A stretch of 37,591 bases of DNA from Pseudobdellovibrionaceae bacterium (GTDB taxonomy: Bacteria > Bdellovibrionota > Bdellovibrionia > Bdellovibrionales > UBA1609), in contig JAUVAX010000022.1 of assembly GCA_030591685.1 (NCBI GenBank), positions 1 through 37,591 on the forward strand, written 5' to 3'. Below, piece by piece: positions 37,395 to 37,591 of the stretch (positions are counted from its first letter, which is position 1; every line of letters starts with the position of its first letter). The notes beneath the pieces are model-generated. The model was not told where the DNA came from, did no database searches, and saw only the letters and a program-made list of their open reading frames with translations. Made by a program: the position numbers and the translations under genes.

Positions 37395-37591
37395 TTATAG
37401 GTCTATGACCTTGCCAGGGTTAAGTATTAAATCAGGGTCGAATATTTTTTTTATTTTTTTCATGATTTCAATTTCAGCAAGACTTCTTGTGTGGTGTAGG
37501 TAGGGTTTTTTAGTGAGTCCCACACCATGCTCGGCTGAAATACTGCCCTTGAACTTTTCAATACAGTTAAATAAAAGGGTGTTGACCTGGG
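37395..37591 (-). CDS. FAD-linked oxidase C-terminus, probable D-2-hydroxyglutarate dehydrogenase (partial, runs off the window)
   Basis: Manual translation ...[45 protein letters not shown]; absent from the ORF track. Confidence 0.85.
   Translation of the reverse strand, partial: QVNTLLFNCIEKFKGSISAEHGVGLTKKPYLHHTRSLAEIEIMKKIKKIFDPDLILNPGKVIDL

Noticed and set aside
1..37591. CRISPR arrays, transposases, integrases, prophage, alternative genetic code
   Set aside because: None seen; TAA, TAG and TGA all end well-conserved genes, so the TAA at 8503 is not a recoding signal

Overview
AT-rich bacterial chromosomal segment, probably from a Bdellovibrionota-like predator (inferred from a vWA lipoprotein, a secreted permuted NlpC/P60 amidase, a secreted papain-like protease, a giant secreted coiled coil and a C-terminal CxxLF tail; no taxonomic search was run). 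It starts at the end of an rRNA operon (5S plus terminator), holds tRNA-Pro(GGG) and tRNA-Arg(TCT), and mixes housekeeping genes (cystathionine beta-synthase, glycerate dehydrogenase, slyD, nhaA, 2-oxoacid:ferredoxin oxidoreductase alpha/beta, serA, lipid enzymes) with accessory genes. Best leads: (1) a signal-peptide-bearing circularly permuted ATP-grasp ligase next to a lipoprotein built from four exact-period 35-aa Cys/Trp repeats; (2) a sensor-less BlaI/M56 module with three visible ACTAC-N4-GTAGT operators, one in front of an unknown secreted protein; (3) a coupled HExxH peptidase plus non-canonical Ddl-like ATP-grasp pair; (4) a Fic-HTH gene whose promoter sits in a 17-bp inverted repeat made of 10-bp units, preceded by a possible pseudoknot; (5) a GH73/Bax lipoprotein split by one in-frame TAA; (6) several sigma54- and sigma28-like promoters on secreted or regulatory genes. 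No CRISPR array, integrase or transposase was seen.
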